Virus record (IMG/VR): IMGVR_UViG_2671180427_000010 | Source: a virus | Lineage: Duplodnaviria > Heunggongvirae > Uroviricota > Caudoviricetes | Length of the DNA stretch: 17,783 bases | Strand: one strand, 5' to 3' | Shown: positions 15,542-17,783 of the stretch, piece by piece | How positions within the stretch are numbered: position 1 is the first letter of the stretch | Layout: the number at the start of each line of letters is the position of its first letter | Translations under genes and position numbers: made by a program | The notes under the pieces: model-generated | What the model was told of the DNA's origin: nothing | Databases searched by the model: none | The model's input: only the letters and a program-made list of their open reading frames with translations

Positions 15542-16262
15542 TGCACAGAAAACCCCCAGCTAGGCTGGGGGTTCCGGAAAGCTTTCAGCTTTGAGCCAGT
15601 TATTAAAACCCCTTTTGATTTGTTAAAACACCTTGCGGTCTGGCAACTGCAAGTGTCAAACAAGAAATCAAAAGGGGGTCCCAATGGGGAACGAAAAGAG
15701 CTTAGCGCACACCCGATGGAACTGTAAATATCACATAGTATTTGCGCCAAAATACCGAAGACAGGTGTTCTACAGAGAGAAGCGTAGAGCAATAGGCTGT
15801 ATTTTGAGAAAGCTGTGTGAGTGGAAAAGTGTACGGATTCTGGAAGCTGAATGCTGTGCAGATCATATCCATATGCTTGTGGAGATCCCGCCCAAAATGA
15901 GCGTATCCGGCTTTATGGGATATCTGAAAGGGAAAAGCAGTCTGATGCTTTACGAGCAGTTTGGTGATTTGAAATTCAAGTACAGGAACAGGGAGTTCTG
16001 GTGCAGAGGGTATTACGTCGATACGGTGGGTAAGAACACGGCGAAGATACAGGATTACATAAAGCACCAGCTTGAAGAGGATAAAATGGGAGAGCAGTTA
16101 TCGATTCCCTATCCGGGCAGCCCGTTTACGGGCCGTAAGTAACGAAGTTGGATGCAAATGTCAGATCGTGTGCGCCTGTTAGGGCGCGGCTGGTAAGAGA
16201 GCCTTATAGGCGCATTTGAAAAACCTCCGGCTATGCCGGAGGATATTTATTGTGCCCGAAAA
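15532..16262 (+). mobile_element. IS200/IS605-family insertion sequence (IS200-like); boundaries approximate
   Basis: Contains Y1 transposase gene. Subterminal hairpins with 8-bp stem and 3-nt loop on both sides: CCCCCAGC-TAG-GCTGGGGG (15552-15570) and CCTCCGGC-TAT-GCCGGAGG (16234-16252). Ends estimated, not determined. Confidence 0.5.
15684..16142 (+). CDS. tnpA: IS200-type Y1 transposase TnpA (152 aa)
   Basis: MGNEKSLAHTRWNCKYHIVFAPKYRR...HIHMLVEIPPKMSVSGFMGYLKGKSS...NREFWCRGYYVDTVG has the HUH motif (HIHML) and catalytic Y region of IS200 TnpA. AAGGGGG upstream of ATG 15684. Confidence 0.85.
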   Translation: MGNEKSLAHTRWNCKYHIVFAPKYRRQVFYREKRRAIGCILRKLCEWKSVRILEAECCADHIHMLVEIPPKMSVSGFMGYLKGKSSLMLYEQFGDLKFKYRNREFWCRGYYVDTVGKNTAKIQDYIKHQLEEDKMGEQLSIPYPGSPFTGRK

Positions 16263-16374
16263 GCGGTACAGAACATTAAACGCGCTGGTGGTTGCGAATA
16301 CCGGTCTTTCAACTTGCTGGCTTTTTCGACAAGAGTTATTGGTATGTTACGTTAACCAGAAAAGGGAAAAAGAC

Positions 16375-16572
16375 ATGCTAAAACAGCAGGATATGACCGA
16401 AACCGCCAGAGTGGTGTTTAATGAGTTAAGCGTCACCGAACCGGCGACAGTCGGGGAGATTGCGCAGAATATGTACCTTTCACGCGAACGCTGCCAGTTA
16501 ATACTGACCCAGCTGGTTATGGCGGGTCTGGCAGACTATCAGTTTGGTTGTTACAGAGTCCTTCAGTCCTGA
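16375..16572 (+). CDS. small winged-helix-like protein (65 aa)
   Basis: ATG 16375 with AAGGGAAAAAGAC upstream; ORF-track start at 16216 lies in the IS right-end region. Resembles the frameshifted small gene at 6914. Confidence 0.45.
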   Translation: MLKQQDMTETARVVFNELSVTEPATVGEIAQNMYLSRERCQLILTQLVMAGLADYQFGCYRVLQS

Positions 16573-16708
16573 AGGTTTTTTATTTGTGGTAAATGGGCGG
16601 CTGGTGGGTGTTAGCGGCACCTGTCAGTCATTTGCTTATGTGTTGATGAGAATTTACTTTTTGGGGCTATAATTAAGCTAACCGATTGCTAATTAAAGTA
16701 AAATTATA

Positions 16709-17422
16709 ATGACTGCTATCTGTTCAGTTATCATGGTTTGTTCCCCAATTAATATTTTTCTTGAAAAGGATACATTGTCACTTAAGCCCGGCTCAGTCGT
16801 TCTGGCCACCAAATGCATCAGGGAGCTTTTCCTTATGCATTATGGCAAAGTTAAAATTGTCGATATAAGCCATTCTATAGTAAGTCAATATCTGGAAAGC
16901 CAGCATAAGCTGACGAGAGGTCCTCTGACTGACATTCCGCTTTACTTGTTGCTGGAACCCAACAATCCTGCGTTGACTGTGGCTTTAATTACCAGTCAGA
17001 GACTTTCCGGAGAGACCACGGATATGTTTCTTATGATGGCCTGCCTGTCGCTGTTTGAATCAGATGAACGGATGTCATTATTTTTAAGTGGATGTGTATC
17101 CAGTATAAGTGCCAAAGTCAGAGCGATAATTCAAACAGATATATCAGCAAGCTGGACGCTTGGTGCGATTGCTCTACAGTTGCATATGAGTGAGAGCTTG
17201 TTAAAGAAAAAACTCAAGGATGAAGGTCTCAGGTTCAGTAATTTGTTACTTGAGGAACGGATGCGGGTTGCTGTAAATATGTTATGTTCCCGGCATGGAT
17301 ATGGACAGGCTGTAGCAGCAAAATGCGGTTATTCAAGTAGAGCCTACTTTATCTCTGTATTTCACCGCTATTATGGCTTCCCGCCAGACAGATATGTATC
17401 CAGGCAAGGGCTTGATTTTTGA
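16709..17422 (+). CDS. AraC/XylS-family transcriptional regulator (about 237 aa; start uncertain), AT-rich
   Basis: C-terminal AraC-type double HTH (WTLGAIALQLHMSESLLKKKLKDEGLRFSNLLLEERMRVAVNMLCSRHGYGQAVAAKCGYSSRAYFISVFHRYYGFPPDRY). No clear SD at 16709; alternative ATG at 16733. Confidence 0.65.
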   Translation: MTAICSVIMVCSPINIFLEKDTLSLKPGSVVLATKCIRELFLMHYGKVKIVDISHSIVSQYLESQHKLTRGPLTDIPLYLLLEPNNPALTVALITSQRLSGETTDMFLMMACLSLFESDERMSLFLSGCVSSISAKVRAIIQTDISASWTLGAIALQLHMSESLLKKKLKDEGLRFSNLLLEERMRVAVNMLCSRHGYGQAVAAKCGYSSRAYFISVFHRYYGFPPDRYVSRQGLDF

Positions 17423-17448
17423 TTTCATCTGATTATTATTTTCGGCCC

Positions 17449-17524
17449 GGCCTTTTAGCTCAGTGGTGAGAGCGAGCGACTCATAATCGCCAGGTCGCTG
17501 GTTCAAATCCAGCAAGGGCCACCA
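17449..17524 (+). tRNA. tRNA-Ile2-like, anticodon CAU (lysidine type; could be Met by anticodon alone)
   Basis: Hand-folded cloverleaf: acceptor GGCCTTT/AAGGGCC, D-arm GCTC-AGTGGTGA-GAGC, anticodon loop CTCATAA, T-arm GCTGG-TTCAAAT-CCAGC, discriminator A, CCA. Resembles recalled E. coli ileX. Confidence 0.75.
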
Positions 17525-17531
17525 TCACATA

Positions 17532-17608
17532 CCGCCATTAGCTCATCAGGAAAGAGCGCCAGCTTTCGAAGCTGGTTGCGCGGAGTTCGGGTCCCCGAAG
17601 GCGGTCCA
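17532..17608 (+). tRNA. tRNA-Arg-like, anticodon UCG, with non-canonical T-arm (possibly degenerate)
   Basis: Acceptor CCGCCAT/AAGGCGG (one mismatch), D-arm GCTC/GAGC, perfect anticodon stem CCAGC/GCTGG with loop TTTCGAA, T-arm CGGAG-TTCGGGT-CCCCG (one mismatch, G at position 58), CCA. Confidence 0.5.
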
Positions 17609-17621
17609 TTATCTGTATCCT

Positions 17622-17679
17622 GCGTTGTTAGCTCAGCCGGACAGAGCAATTGCCTTCTAAGCAATCGGTCACTGGTTCG
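17622..17679 (+). pseudogene. 3'-truncated tRNA-Arg (anticodon UCU) fragment
   Basis: Acceptor 5' GCGTTGT, D-arm GCTC-AGCCGGACA-GAGC, anticodon stem ATTGC/GCAAT with loop CTTCTAA, T-stem 5' ACTGG and TTCG, then no matching T-stem or acceptor 3' strand (ACAACGC absent downstream). Confidence 0.5.
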
Positions 17680-17783
17680 GTAAGCGACTCGTCAGAACCG
17701 TATTGATATTTACTGAGAGCTCAGATCAACTTTCCAGGGCAACAGATCGCGTACCCGGTTTGCCGGCCAGTCCTGGATATGTT

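Noticed and set aside
15499-15792. ORFs 15499..15792 (minus) and 15539..15727 (plus)
   Set aside because: Lie across the IS left-end hairpin region and the transposase leader; no RBS, and structured non-coding DNA is expected there.
1-17783. CRISPR array
   Set aside because: No regularly spaced direct repeats of CRISPR size anywhere in the window; the only repeat cluster (5772-5880) is iteron-like and inside a coding sequence.
17622-17783. Third tRNA as a full-length gene
   Set aside because: No sequence downstream of TTCG can pair with the T-stem 5' strand (ACTGG) or acceptor 5' strand (GCGTTGT), so only a 5' fragment is supported.

Overview
This window reads as a segment of a mosaic lambdoid (Rac/Qin-like) enterobacterial prophage. 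All calls come from reading the sequence and the ORF track by eye; no database search was run, so homology statements are recollection of named families and need confirmation. Left to right: (1) the end of a leftward early operon, with a RecE-like exonuclease gene (start at 2314, C-terminus beyond position 1) and small coupled genes; (2) an immunity region with a DicA-like repressor (minus) flanked by two identical palindromic operators and divergent Cro-like and YdaT-like genes; (3) a lambda O/P-like replication module with an iteron-like repeat cluster inside the O-like gene; (4) a visibly AT-rich accessory islet of about 4.4 kb (about 7190-11600) carrying an unknown 281-aa gene with its own promoter, a decayed tyrosine-integrase fragment, and an ABC-ATPase plus HNH-nuclease pair resembling the Septu PtuA/PtuB defence system; (5) hokD-like, rem-like, ydfU-like, rusA-like and Q-antiterminator genes followed by a PR'/tR'-like promoter-terminator; (6) late-region cargo: an ORF6N-domain protein, an IS200-family insertion, a small winged-helix gene and an AT-rich AraC-family regulator; (7) a tRNA cluster (Ile2-CAU, Arg-UCG with a non-canonical T-arm, and a 3'-truncated Arg-UCU). 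The best candidate for an accessory or defence system is the islet: the Septu-like pair plus the uncharacterised 281-aa gene, sitting where Qin-type prophages carry relBE.
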